From: Actinomycetota bacterium
Lineage (GTDB): Bacteria > Actinomycetota > UBA4738 > JBBDHU01
DNA: 64,000 nt
Assembly (NCBI GenBank): GCA_040880705.1
Contig: JBBDHU010000001.1
Span: forward strand, 315,573-379,572
Direction: 5' to 3'
In this document: positions 54,467-63,999 of the stretch, piece after piece
How the letters are laid out: each line of letters opens with the position of its first letter
How positions within the stretch are numbered: position 1 is the stretch's first letter
The notes under the pieces: model-generated
The model's input: only the letters and a program-made list of their open reading frames with translations
The model's database searches: none
Told to the model about the DNA's origin: nothing
Made by a program: the position numbers and the translations under genes

Positions 54467-55648
54467 TTGTCAGCACAGGAAGACGTCTGGCCGAGCACCG
54501 ACCTCTACTTCGGGCCGTGGTACCGGCGTTCGCCATATTTCGAGGCGACACTGCGCGCCGGAGCCAAGGCCTACGACATCTACAACCACATGCTCTTGCC
54601 CGGCTACTACGACGACCCGAACGTCGAGTACGAAGCGATGATCAACGACGTCGTCGTCTGGGATGTCGCGGTTGAGCAGACCGTGGAAATCGCCGGCCCC
54701 GACGCCGATCGTTTGATCGACAGGATCACCTGCCGCGATTTGACGAAGTGCGCGGTCAAGCAGGGCAAGTACATGCTCGTTACCGCGCCGGACGGCGGCA
54801 TCGTCAACGACCCCGTTCTTCTGCATGTCGGCGAGAACCGCTGGTGGATGCAGCTCGCGGATTCCGACGCCGGACTGTACGCGCTCGGCGTCGGACAGGC
54901 AGGGGGATACGATGCGCAGGTCTCGTTTCCTCACGCGTACCCGATGCAGGTGCAAGGTGCGAAGTCCGCGAAGACGCTCGAGAAGCTGGTCGGGCCAGCC
55001 ATCTACGACCTCAAGTACTACTGGTGCGACTTCTTCGAGATCGAAGGCATTCCCGTTCTCATAAGCCGGACCGGCTACACGGCCCTGCCGGGCTTCGAAG
55101 TGAACATCCTCGAAATGGAACGCGGAACTCAGCTCTGGGACGCGGTGTTCGCGGCCGGGGAGGAGTTCAACATCCGCGCCGCCGCGCCGAACATGGCCAG
55201 GCGCATCGAGGCCGGGATCATGAACTACGGCTCCGACATGGACATCGAGAACAATCCCTTCGAGATCATGGGCTTCGAGCGTCTCGTCGAGGAACAGAGT
55301 CAGGACTACATCGGCAAGGAGGCTCTCGAACGGATTCGCCGCGAGGGTGTTAGCCGCAGGCTGGTCGGAATCGGGATCGACGGCGACGAGATCGAGGCGG
55401 ATCCCGAGGACTTCTGGCCGGTTCGCTCCGGAGGAAAGGAAGTCGGCAAGGTGACGGACGCCGTCTGGTCCCCGCGCCTGAAGAAGAACATCGGTTACGT
55501 ATGGGTGCCCGTTGAATTGTCCGAGCCGGGAAACAGGCTGGAGATCGAGTCAGAGAACGGTTCGCTCACGGGGACGACGGCGGCGATCCCGTTCGTCGAC
55601 CCGAAGAAGGAAGTCCCGGCCGGCTCGCTCGCTTCGCAGAAAACCTGA
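54467..55648 (+). CDS. GcvT-family aminomethyltransferase-like protein, copy 2
   Basis: TTG start 6 nt after AAGGAGG. LYFGPWYRRSPYFEAT... GCV_T fold (ISRTGYTALPGFE). 393 aa. Confidence 0.75.
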   Translation: MSAQEDVWPSTDLYFGPWYRRSPYFEATLRAGAKAYDIYNHMLLPGYYDDPNVEYEAMINDVVVWDVAVEQTVEIAGPDADRLIDRITCRDLTKCAVKQGKYMLVTAPDGGIVNDPVLLHVGENRWWMQLADSDAGLYALGVGQAGGYDAQVSFPHAYPMQVQGAKSAKTLEKLVGPAIYDLKYYWCDFFEIEGIPVLISRTGYTALPGFEVNILEMERGTQLWDAVFAAGEEFNIRAAAPNMARRIEAGIMNYGSDMDIENNPFEIMGFERLVEEQSQDYIGKEALERIRREGVSRRLVGIGIDGDEIEADPEDFWPVRSGGKEVGKVTDAVWSPRLKKNIGYVWVPVELSEPGNRLEIESENGSLTGTTAAIPFVDPKKEVPAGSLASQKT

Positions 55649-55658
55649 GGAGGTTTTG

Positions 55659-56834
55659 TTGACAGAAATAGGAGGACCCGCGAAGGCGCCGCCTGCGGCC
55701 GGCCGCACGAGGCTGTACTTCGGTCCGTGGTATCAGAAGTCGCCCTTCTTCGAGGCGACGAGGCGCGCCGGATGCTCCGCTTACGACATCTACAACCACA
55801 TGTATCACCCGAACTCTTACGGCGATCCCGAGGAGGAGTACCAGGCCCTGATCAACGACGTGACGCTCTGGGACGTGGCGGTCGAGCGAATCGTCGAGAT
55901 CTCCGGACCGGACGCGACGGAGCTCACCAACATGCTGACCTGTCGCGACCTCACCAAGTGCGATGTCAAACAGTGCAAGTACATGCTTGTGACTGCGCCC
56001 GACGGCGGGATCGTCAACGATCCGGTCTTGCTTCGGATCGAAGAGAACAAGTGGTGGATGGCGCTGTCGGATTCCGACGCAGGTCTCTATGCGCTCGGCG
56101 TGGCGGCCGAATCGGGTCTGAACGCCGAGGTCACACACCCCGAGGTCTATCCGGTTCAGGTCCAGGGGCCGAAATCGAAGGAAACGATGCGCGACCTGTT
56201 CGGAGACTGGGTCCTCGACATGAAGTACTACTGGTGCGAGGAGACGGACCTCGATGGCATACCGGTCGTGATCAGCCGTACCGGCTGGACGGCAGTCGTC
56301 GGTTACGAGATCTACCTGAGGGACCCGTCTAGAGGCGACGACCTCTGGGAGAAGATCCTCGAGGCCGGGAAGCCACACAATATACGAGTTACGCCGTCAT
56401 CCGACATCCGCCGCATCGAGGCGGGTATTTACGACTACGGATCCGATTTGTCGATCGACACAAACCCCTTCGAGGCGATGGGACTGGAACGCTTGGTCGA
56501 AGAGCAGGAGGCCGACTACATCGGCAAGGACGCCCTGGAAAGGATTCGCCGGGAGGGCGTGACGCGCAAGATAGTCGGGATCGAGATCGAGGGCGACCCG
56601 CAGGGGCAGCCGCCCGACCACCTGCCGGCGTTCAGCGGCGGCGAACGGGTCGGCTACGTGACCGACATCGCCTACTCGCCCCGGCTCGAGAAGAACATCG
56701 GGTACGTCTGGGTTCCGATCGATCTGGCCGAACCGGGCAACGAGCTCGCGGTTGAATCACCGCAAGGAACGCTCAAGGGCAAGACCGCCTCCGTTCCGTT
56801 CATCGACCCGAAGAAGAAGGTTCCGGCCCAGTAG
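55659..56834 (+). CDS. GcvT-family aminomethyltransferase-like protein, copy 3 (tandem paralog of copy 2)
   Basis: TTG start 5 nt after GAGGAGG. LYFGPWYQKSPFFEAT... Colinear with copy 2 throughout. Confidence 0.75.
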   Translation: MTEIGGPAKAPPAAGRTRLYFGPWYQKSPFFEATRRAGCSAYDIYNHMYHPNSYGDPEEEYQALINDVTLWDVAVERIVEISGPDATELTNMLTCRDLTKCDVKQCKYMLVTAPDGGIVNDPVLLRIEENKWWMALSDSDAGLYALGVAAESGLNAEVTHPEVYPVQVQGPKSKETMRDLFGDWVLDMKYYWCEETDLDGIPVVISRTGWTAVVGYEIYLRDPSRGDDLWEKILEAGKPHNIRVTPSSDIRRIEAGIYDYGSDLSIDTNPFEAMGLERLVEEQEADYIGKDALERIRREGVTRKIVGIEIEGDPQGQPPDHLPAFSGGERVGYVTDIAYSPRLEKNIGYVWVPIDLAEPGNELAVESPQGTLKGKTASVPFIDPKKKVPAQ

Positions 56835-56897
56835 GGAACTCCTGCCCCCGAGACGGTGTAGTAGTTACGTACTCATATCTCGGTGGGGGGCTGACCA

Positions 56898-57443
56898 CTG
56901 GAGGATGCGGAGCTCGTCGACCGGGCAAAGCGAGGTGACGTCGTTGCCTACGAGCAGCTCGTGCGGCGCTACCAGGACGACGCGATCCGGCTGGCGACGC
57001 TATTGACCGGATCCAGGCAGGACGCCGAGGACGCGGCACAGGAGGCGTTCGTCAAAGCCTATTTCGCGCTGGACCGCGTGCGCAAGGATACCTCGTTCCG
57101 GCCTTGGATCCTTCGCATCGCTGCGAACGAGGCGCACAACCGCCGGCGTTGGAATCGCAGCCGCGAATCCGTCGCGCTGACCGGCGATCACCCCTCGGGG
57201 GATGCAGCCCCGTCTCCCGAGGAGGTGGTCGTCGATCGCGAAAGCGCGGACGCCGTCCTCGCTTTGGTGTCCGGCCTCAGAGAGCAGGAACGGCTTGTCG
57301 TGGGTTGCCGTTATCTGCTCGGTCTCACCGAAAATGAGACGGCGGAGGCGCTCGGCATCCGGAATGGAACCGTGAAGTCCAGATTGTCGCGAGCGTTGGC
57401 ACGTCTGCGCGAGGCTGCTGAAGAGGAGGGAGGGCTTGCTTGA
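56898..57443 (+). CDS. ECF-type RNA polymerase sigma-70 factor; start codon unresolved
   Basis: Region 2 and region 4 signatures (DAEDAAQEAFVKAYFAL, LGLTENETAEALGIRNGTVKSRLSRA). The conserved N-terminal ELVDRAKRGDVVAYEQLVRRY is encoded in frame upstream of the first canonical start (GTG 56961). The only start-like codon after the in-frame TGA at 56892 is CTG 56898. Confidence 0.6.
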   Translation: MEDAELVDRAKRGDVVAYEQLVRRYQDDAIRLATLLTGSRQDAEDAAQEAFVKAYFALDRVRKDTSFRPWILRIAANEAHNRRRWNRSRESVALTGDHPSGDAAPSPEEVVVDRESADAVLALVSGLREQERLVVGCRYLLGLTENETAEALGIRNGTVKSRLSRALARLREAAEEEGGLA

Positions 57444-58159
57444 GCGAAGTTCCGGGACGTGAATTGATCGAGAAGCTGGAGGCCGCCGGGCGCATCCTGC
57501 CCGGCGCGCACCCGGACTTCGCGCGATCCGTCGCCGATGCCGTCCGCGAGCGGCGCCGGCCGAGGCTTCCCGCATTGGCCGCCTGGTCGAGGCGCCGGCG
57601 TGTGCTGGCGTTTGCTGCGGCGGTGTTGGCCCTGGCTGCCATCGCCGCGGCCGCGAAAATCACCGTCGGCGTCGTGACCATCCGGGAGGTGCCGGAACAA
57701 GGGCCGGCAGTTCCCGAGTTGGACCGGCGTCTCGGAAGGCCGGCGTCGCTTAGCGAGGCCCGTGTTGCTGTGCCCGGTCTAGCCGTTCCGGTCGAGACGG
57801 AACTCGGGCCGCCGGATTCGGTGTTCCTCGACCGCGACGAGGGACGGGCGACGCTGGCGTGGACGCCTCGAGAGGGCCTGCCATCCATCCGCGGACTCGG
57901 ATGGGGCCTTGTGCTAATGGAGTTCCGAGGGGACGCGCCCCTGGTTACGAAGGAAGTGTCGGCGCCGGTGGAGGAGGTTCTCGTCGAAGGCGAGTTCGGG
58001 TTCTGGATAGAGGGTCCGCACGCGCTCCTGCTTCCCGACGGAACCAGCCTTCGCATATCGGGGAACGTCCTCGTGTGGCAGCGGGGCGAGCTGACGGTGC
58101 GGCTTGAGTCGGAGCTCGGCAAGGCCGAGTCCTTGGATTTCGCGAAAACGCTCGCCTAA
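57440..58159 (+). CDS. Putative anti-sigma factor / single-pass membrane protein
   Basis: TTG start overlapping the sigma stop. Cytoplasmic N-terminus, one TM (VLAFAAAVLALAAIAAAA), extracytoplasmic C-domain. This gene order is typical of ECF anti-sigma factors. Confidence 0.5.
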   Translation: MSEVPGRELIEKLEAAGRILPGAHPDFARSVADAVRERRRPRLPALAAWSRRRRVLAFAAAVLALAAIAAAAKITVGVVTIREVPEQGPAVPELDRRLGRPASLSEARVAVPGLAVPVETELGPPDSVFLDRDEGRATLAWTPREGLPSIRGLGWGLVLMEFRGDAPLVTKEVSAPVEEVLVEGEFGFWIEGPHALLLPDGTSLRISGNVLVWQRGELTVRLESELGKAESLDFAKTLA

Positions 58160-58196
58160 GGGGAACCCGGAGGTCTCGGCGCGTGTAGTTCGGTTG

Positions 58197-58730
58197 ATGA
58201 GACGGATATTTCTGCTCACCTCTTTCGTGATCGCGGTTCTTCCCGCAACCGCGCTCGCGGGCGGCGCCTGCAGGGGAGTACCGGTCACGGAGGGCGCCGA
58301 CCCCGTAGTCGAGCTGCGCGATGCTTGTTTCACGCCGACTATCGTGAGGGTTGACCTCGGCCAGGAAGTGACTTGGATAAACCGCGATGGATTCATCCAC
58401 GCCGTCACCGGCGCGAACTCCAGCTGGGGCAACTACGACGAGCTACACCAGGGCGATCGAACGACCCACCAGTTCGTTGAGCCGGGTGTGTACCCGTACT
58501 TCTGCTTTTACCACCCGGGGATGACCGGCGCCGTCGTGGTGGGAGAGGGGCAGGCTTCCTCATCAAACGCCAAAGCGGCCGTGTCCGCGGGAGGATCCAC
58601 GGCGAACCCCGGCGCCGGTGCCGCGGCACTGGTCCTGTCCATCGGCCTCATGATCGGGGCTGCCGGGGCGGGCACGGGAGTCTGGGTGCTAAGAAAGCGC
58701 AAGGACCGGAAAGCCATTCCCCAGTTATAG
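58197..58730 (+). CDS. Cupredoxin (type-1 blue copper, plastocyanin/pseudoazurin-like) with signal peptide and C-terminal membrane anchor
   Basis: Cu ligand pattern H (FIHAV) ... C-x2-H-x2-M (YFCFYHPGM). N-terminal signal, and C-terminal hydrophobic segment followed by KRKDRK. Confidence 0.6.
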   Translation: MRRIFLLTSFVIAVLPATALAGGACRGVPVTEGADPVVELRDACFTPTIVRVDLGQEVTWINRDGFIHAVTGANSSWGNYDELHQGDRTTHQFVEPGVYPYFCFYHPGMTGAVVVGEGQASSSNAKAAVSAGGSTANPGAGAAALVLSIGLMIGAAGAGTGVWVLRKRKDRKAIPQL

Positions 58731-58777
58731 GCGCACTATTCGGCGACTGCGACATGCCCTTCGCCGCTCGGGGATAA

Positions 58778-58987
58778 TCGACGCAGTATGGACGGCGAGC
58801 GAGATATCACTCGCGCGCACCTGGTGCGCCGCTTCGCAATCGGGATCCTGCTCATGGGGGGACGGGGTTAGGGCTTCATCTGGTCAAGGTCCTGCTCGAC
58901 GACCTCGGCGGGACCGTCTCCGTCTCGGGCAACCTTGGCGAGGGGAGCACCTTCACCGTCCGGCTGCCCCGCGCGCGGCCCAGTTAG
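58778..58987 (+). pseudogene. Remnant of a histidine-kinase HATPase_c C-terminus (about 70 codons, no HisKA/sensor part)
   Basis: Frame reads ...[44 protein letters not shown]-stop, which is the G2 box and C-terminal tail of the HATPase_c domain. It is preceded by in-frame stops and overlaps the 3' end of betA on the other strand. Confidence 0.45.
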
Positions 58988-60642
58988 TCGCGCGCATACC
59001 GGTAGAAGCCGACTCCCTCCGCAGGCAGCGGCGTGTTTCCGAGGATCAGGTCGGCAGCTTTTTCCGCCACCATCATCACCGGTGCGTAGATATTGCCGTT
59101 CGTCACATAGGGCATCACCGATGCATCCACGACGCGAAGTCCCTCCAGGCCTTGCACCTTCATGGCGAGGGGGTTCACCACCGACATGTCGTCCACTCCC
59201 ATCCGCGCGGTGCACGAGGGGTGCAAAGCGGTTTCGGCGTCACTCGCGACCCACTCGAGGATCTGCTCGGGTGTCGAGACGCCCGGCCCGGGTGAAAGCT
59301 CCCCATCGTTGAACGGATCGAACGCCGGCTGCGTGAGGATCTTGCGGGCGACGTGGACGGCTTCCACCCACTCCCTGCGGTCCTGTTCCGTCGATAGGTA
59401 GTTGAAGACCAGTGCGGGGTGTTCCCTCGGGTCTGCACTCTTGATCTTTATCGAACCGCGAGCGTCCGAGTACATCGGCCCCACGTGCACCTGGTACCCG
59501 TGAGCGCTTGCGGGGGCCGATCCGTCGTATCGCACCGCGATCGGCAGGAAATGGAACATCAGGTTCGGGTATGCGACCTCGTCGTTGCTTCGAACGAACC
59601 CTCCCGCCTCGAAATGGTTCGTCGCGCCCGGTCCCTTCCGGAAGAACAGCCACTGGAAGCCGACCCAGGGGCGCCATCTCCATTTCATGTAAGGCGCGAC
59701 CGAGACGGGCTGCTTGCACGCGTATTGAACGTAGACCTCCAAGTGATCCTGAAGGTGTTCGCCGACGCCCGGCAGATCGTGGACGACCTCGACTCCCAAT
59801 CCTTCGAGTTCGTGGGCGTTCCCGACCCCCGAGACCTGCAGAACCTGAGGTGAGTTGATCGCCCCACCGCAAAGAACGACTTCCCCGGCCTCCACCGTCT
59901 GGGCCGAACCCCTGCGCCGTTCGTACTCGACGCCTACGGCGCGCGTGCCGTTGAAGAGGATTCTCGAGACGAAGGCCCGCGTCTCGACTTCCAGGTTTTT
60001 CCGCTCCATCACGGGATGCAGGTACGCCCTTGCGGCGGACAGTCGCCGGCCGTTGTGGATGTTGCGGTCGAAGGCCGCGAAGCCCTCCTGCTGGTAGCCG
60101 TTGACGTCTTCCGTGATCGGGTATCCCGCTTGCTGAACCGCCTCGAAGAACGCCCCGAACAATGGAGTGGTGGCCGGACCTCGCTCGAGAACCAACGGCC
60201 CGGCGTGCCCGCGGAACTCGTCGTCGCGTGCGGCCGCGAGGCAGCTCTCCATTCGCTTGAAGTAGGGGAGACAGTGCGCGTAGTCCCAGGTCTCCATGCC
60301 GGGGTCAGATGCCCACCGCTCGTAATCCATCGGGTTCCCGCGCTGGAAGATCATGCCGTTGATGCTGCTGGAGCCGCCGAGCACCTTGCCCCTCGCGTGA
60401 TAGATGCGCCTGCCGTTCATGTGGGGCTCGGGCTCGGACTCGTATTTCCAGTCGTAGAACTTGCTTCCTATCGGAAACGGCAAGGCCGCCGGCATGTGTA
60501 TGAAGACGTCCCAGATGTAGTCCGGGCGCCCGGCCTCCAGAACCAGAACGCTGTTCGAGGAATCCGCACTAAGGCGGTTCGCCAGCGCGCATCCGGCCGA
60601 ACCTCCGCCGATGATCACGAAGTCGTAACTCTTCGGCGCCAT
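58984..60642 (-). CDS. betA: GMC-family choline dehydrogenase
   Basis: [23 protein letters not shown] motif. GMC signatures ([15 protein letters not shown]-terminal HPSCTARMG...VVDASVMP). Confidence 0.85.
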   Translation of the reverse strand: MAPKSYDFVIIGGGSAGCALANRLSADSSNSVLVLEAGRPDYIWDVFIHMPAALPFPIGSKFYDWKYESEPEPHMNGRRIYHARGKVLGGSSSINGMIFQRGNPMDYERWASDPGMETWDYAHCLPYFKRMESCLAAARDDEFRGHAGPLVLERGPATTPLFGAFFEAVQQAGYPITEDVNGYQQEGFAAFDRNIHNGRRLSAARAYLHPVMERKNLEVETRAFVSRILFNGTRAVGVEYERRRGSAQTVEAGEVVLCGGAINSPQVLQVSGVGNAHELEGLGVEVVHDLPGVGEHLQDHLEVYVQYACKQPVSVAPYMKWRWRPWVGFQWLFFRKGPGATNHFEAGGFVRSNDEVAYPNLMFHFLPIAVRYDGSAPASAHGYQVHVGPMYSDARGSIKIKSADPREHPALVFNYLSTEQDRREWVEAVHVARKILTQPAFDPFNDGELSPGPGVSTPEQILEWVASDAETALHPSCTARMGVDDMSVVNPLAMKVQGLEGLRVVDASVMPYVTNGNIYAPVMMVAEKAADLILGNTPLPAEGVGFYRYARD

Positions 60643-60827
60643 TCGCTCTCCAGCCGGTCCGGTCTCTGCTGACCCCCGTCGGATGCTAGCCGGATTCCAC
60701 CGGTTGCGCGCTGGCTTGAATTCCGCCTCTGCCTTGCGCCGTCGCGGCGGGAGGACCAGTATGGGCCGAGCCGCCGGCCCGTTCGGCGGTCCATCCGATT
60801 ACGACGGGAAGGGAGGCGCTCCGCGGG

Positions 60828-61871
60828 GTGCGGGCGGTGGAGGAAGCGTCGTCGCCTGATGTGACGGTCTCGTGCCGGAACGCCTGGAAGGTCTACGGCC
60901 CCGATCCGGAGCGCATCGTGGGCTCCTCGGACGCCGACTTGCCGAGAGGCGAACTTCTCGAAAAGACCGGCTGCGTCGTCGCCGTTCGCGACGTCTCCTT
61001 CGAAGTTGCAACCGGGGAGGTCTTCGTCGTGATGGGCTTGTCGGGATCCGGCAAGTCCACGTTGGTACGCATGATCAACCGTATCCACGAGCCCACCGAG
61101 GGCGAAGTCCTGATAGACGGCGAAGACCTGCTCGAGGCCGGCAAGGAGAGGCTGCGCGACATCCGCCGCCAGAAGATAAGCATGGTGTTCCAGCACTTCG
61201 GGCTTCTGCCGCACCGCCGGATCGTCGAGAACGTCGCCTTCGGCCTGGAGATACAAGGAATGGACAAAGACGAGCGGACCGTCTCGGCAGGGGCGGTCCT
61301 GAACAAGGTCGGTCTCGAGGGGTGGGGCCAGTCCTTCCCGGACGAGCTTTCCGGCGGAATGCAACAGCGGGTTGGCCTTGCCCGCGCTCTTGCCAACGAT
61401 CCCGAGATCCTGCTGTTCGACGAGCCGTTCAGCGCCCTCGATCCGCTGATCCGGCGCGACATGCAAGACGAGGTGCTGAAACTCCAGCGGGAAGTCCGAA
61501 AGACGATGATCTTCATCACCCACGACCTGGCAGAGGCGCTCAAGCTCGGTGACCGGATCGCGATCATGAAGGACGGACGGTTCGTCCAGGTGGACACGCC
61601 CGAGCGCGTGGTCAGCCACCCGGCGAACGACTACGTCGCGGATTTCATCCGAGATGTGCCGCGGGCGCACGTTCTGACCGCGCAGTCGATCATGCGGCCG
61701 GCGGACGGGTTGCAGGGCGACGGTCCGACTGTTTCCCCGGAGACGGTCGTCCAGGACCTGATCCCCATGGTCGCGCAGGCGGACCTGACGATTCGTGTCG
61801 TGGACAACGGCAACGTACTGGGCGTCGTGGACCGGGGCGCGGTCATGTCGGCACTCGTCGAGGAGCGCTAG
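60828..61871 (+). CDS. proV: Glycine betaine/proline-type ABC transporter ATP-binding protein (ProV/OpuAA-like)
   Basis: Walker A GLSGSGKST. LSGGMQQRVGLARAL signature. Walker B ILLFDEPFSALD. C-terminal CBS-like tail. GTG start. Confidence 0.85.
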   Translation: MRAVEEASSPDVTVSCRNAWKVYGPDPERIVGSSDADLPRGELLEKTGCVVAVRDVSFEVATGEVFVVMGLSGSGKSTLVRMINRIHEPTEGEVLIDGEDLLEAGKERLRDIRRQKISMVFQHFGLLPHRRIVENVAFGLEIQGMDKDERTVSAGAVLNKVGLEGWGQSFPDELSGGMQQRVGLARALANDPEILLFDEPFSALDPLIRRDMQDEVLKLQREVRKTMIFITHDLAEALKLGDRIAIMKDGRFVQVDTPERVVSHPANDYVADFIRDVPRAHVLTAQSIMRPADGLQGDGPTVSPETVVQDLIPMVAQADLTIRVVDNGNVLGVVDRGAVMSALVEER

Positions 61872-63914
61872 GTGGCGGTAGCACCTCCCCGCGCCCGGCT
61901 GCCGGTGGCAACGGGCGAAGTCCCGTTGCTGCGGGCCGAACCGAGTCCTTGGCGTCGCAGGGCCGTATGGGCGGTGGCCGTCGTGGCCGTCATCTGGGCG
62001 GGACGGGCGATGTTCGCGCCCGGGTTCCCGCAACGATGGGTGGTCGACGTAACGGGATGGTTCGACGCGTTTCGGGATTGGGCGATCCTGAATCGCACTA
62101 CGAGCCCGCTCTTCGTGTACTTCCTCACACCGATCGAGGACGCCGCAACCGCGGTGGTGACGTCGACGGTCACCCTTCTGGAACGAATGACCTGGACCGG
62201 CCTGGTCGTGACCGCCTCGGCGATCGCAGGATTGGTCGCGGGATGGCGCATGGCCGTTCTCACCTTCGCGGGAGTGCTGGCCTTCGGCGTGCTGGGCGTC
62301 TGGGAGGAGAGCCTAATCACGCTGGCCCTGGTGCTCGTCGCGGTGATAATCGCCCTCATCATCGGCATTCCGGTCGGCATCTGGGCCGGGCGCAGGCCCC
62401 GAGTCGAGAGAACTCTTCGGCCGATCCTCGACGCGTTGCAGACGATACCGGCCTACTCGTATCTTCTCCCCGCGGTGCTGCTGTTCGGCATCGGCGAGGC
62501 CCCCGCTTTGATCGCAACGATGGCGTTCGCGTTGCCCCCGGCAATCAGGCTGACGGCGCTCGGGATCCGAAACGTCCCGAAGACATCCTTGGAAGTCGCC
62601 GATGCATTCGGCTCCACGCCGAGGCAGTCCCTTCGCCTGGTTCAGGTGCCGCTGGCAAAGCACTCGATCATGCTGGGCGTCAACCAGACGATCATGATGG
62701 CTCTCGGGCTGGTCGTGATCGCGGCGTTCGTCGGCGCGGGCGGGCTCGGGCAATCCGTGCTCGACGGGTTGCAGCGGTTGAACGTCGGAGAGGCGTTGAA
62801 CGGCGGCATCGCGATCGTCGTGATGGCCATCGTGCTCGATCGGGTGACGACCGCGTGGAGCCGTCGCGATCGCAAGCGGCTGCGGCCTCTGGTCGTGGCC
62901 GGGCGCACCCTGACGAGGCGGCGGGTGCTCATTGCTGCGGTGCTCGTGTCGGTCGCCGCGGTCGTCGTGGGGCGCCAGGTCCTGCAGCAGCAGGATTTCC
63001 CGGAGGGCTTGGAGGTGTCCGTGGCCACCCCCGCGAACGCCGTGGTCGAGTGGTCCCAGACGACCCTGGGCGGCGTCACCAGCGCAACCAGCGACTTCAT
63101 GCTGATCTACCTATTGGACCCGCTCGAGCGCCTGGCCGTCGATCTGCCGTGGTGGGTAATCGGCGGAGGCGTCGCGCTCGCGGCCCTGCGGATGTCCGGC
63201 GGCCGGCTCGCGGTGGGGCTGTTCGCCTGCGTCGCCGCGCTCGGGTCGCTCGGCATGTGGAACTTCGCCATGGCGACTGTGAGCCAGGTCCTTGTGGCCG
63301 TCGCCATCACGATCGTCGTGGCGATCCCCCTGGGAATACTCGCCGCGAAGAGCGATGCATTCGAACGGGTATCGAAACCGATCCTCGACGCCATGCAGAC
63401 GATGCCGGCGTTCGTGTACATCGTTCCGGTGTTGTTTCTGGTCGAGCCCGGCCGCGTTCCGGCGATCATCGCATCGTTCGTCTACGCGCTTCCGGTCGGA
63501 ATCCGGCTGACGAACCTGGGGATCCGTCAGGTCCCGAATGAGATCGTGGAGGCGGCGAAGGCGTTCGGCGCGACCTCCTGGCAGGTGCTGCGCAAGGTGG
63601 AGCTGCCTTTGGCCAAGCCGTCGATTCTGCTCGGAATCAACCAGACGATTATGATGGTGCTCTCAGTCGTGATCATCGCGGGTTTGATAGGCGCTGCCGG
63701 ACTCGGCCAGGAGGTCGTGTTCGCCCTGGGCAAGCAGCAGATCGGCCGGGGCGTGGTCGCCGGTGTCAGCATCCTGCTCCTCGCCATTGTCCTCGACCGG
63801 CTCACGCAGGCCATGGGCGCGGCGGCACGCACGATGCGGGGCCCCGTGGGGATCGGCATTGGGTGGTGGACCCGCGTAAAGGCGATCACAGTAGGAGCAC
63901 CGGATAACGGTTAG
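61872..63914 (+). CDS. proW: Glycine betaine-type ABC permease, tandemly duplicated/fused (two ProW-like BPD_transp_1 domains in one 680-aa protein)
   Basis: Two internal repeats each containing the EAA-like loop ([32 protein letters not shown] and [32 protein letters not shown]). GTG start 1 nt after the proV stop. Confidence 0.8.
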   Translation: MAVAPPRARLPVATGEVPLLRAEPSPWRRRAVWAVAVVAVIWAGRAMFAPGFPQRWVVDVTGWFDAFRDWAILNRTTSPLFVYFLTPIEDAATAVVTSTVTLLERMTWTGLVVTASAIAGLVAGWRMAVLTFAGVLAFGVLGVWEESLITLALVLVAVIIALIIGIPVGIWAGRRPRVERTLRPILDALQTIPAYSYLLPAVLLFGIGEAPALIATMAFALPPAIRLTALGIRNVPKTSLEVADAFGSTPRQSLRLVQVPLAKHSIMLGVNQTIMMALGLVVIAAFVGAGGLGQSVLDGLQRLNVGEALNGGIAIVVMAIVLDRVTTAWSRRDRKRLRPLVVAGRTLTRRRVLIAAVLVSVAAVVVGRQVLQQQDFPEGLEVSVATPANAVVEWSQTTLGGVTSATSDFMLIYLLDPLERLAVDLPWWVIGGGVALAALRMSGGRLAVGLFACVAALGSLGMWNFAMATVSQVLVAVAITIVVAIPLGILAAKSDAFERVSKPILDAMQTMPAFVYIVPVLFLVEPGRVPAIIASFVYALPVGIRLTNLGIRQVPNEIVEAAKAFGATSWQVLRKVELPLAKPSILLGINQTIMMVLSVVIIAGLIGAAGLGQEVVFALGKQQIGRGVVAGVSILLLAIVLDRLTQAMGAAARTMRGPVGIGIGWWTRVKAITVGAPDNG

Positions 63915-63930
63915 GGAGAGAGGAGGAGGC

Positions 63931-63999
63931 ATGAGAGCAGGAAAGTTGACGGGAGTTCTCGCGGTCCTCGCGACGCTCTCGGTGCTTGCCGCGGCATGC
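63931..63999 (+). CDS. Start of a lipoprotein gene, probably the cognate ProX/OpuAC-type substrate-binding protein (truncated by window end)
   Basis: GGAGAGAGGAGGAGG RBS, then MRAGKLTGVLAVLATLSVLAAAC (signal plus lipobox) directly downstream of proVW. Confidence 0.45.
   Translation, partial: MRAGKLTGVLAVLATLSVLAAAC

Noticed and set aside
60615-62033. 472-aa minus ORF
   Set aside because: Antisense to proV/proW, Arg-rich, no domains.
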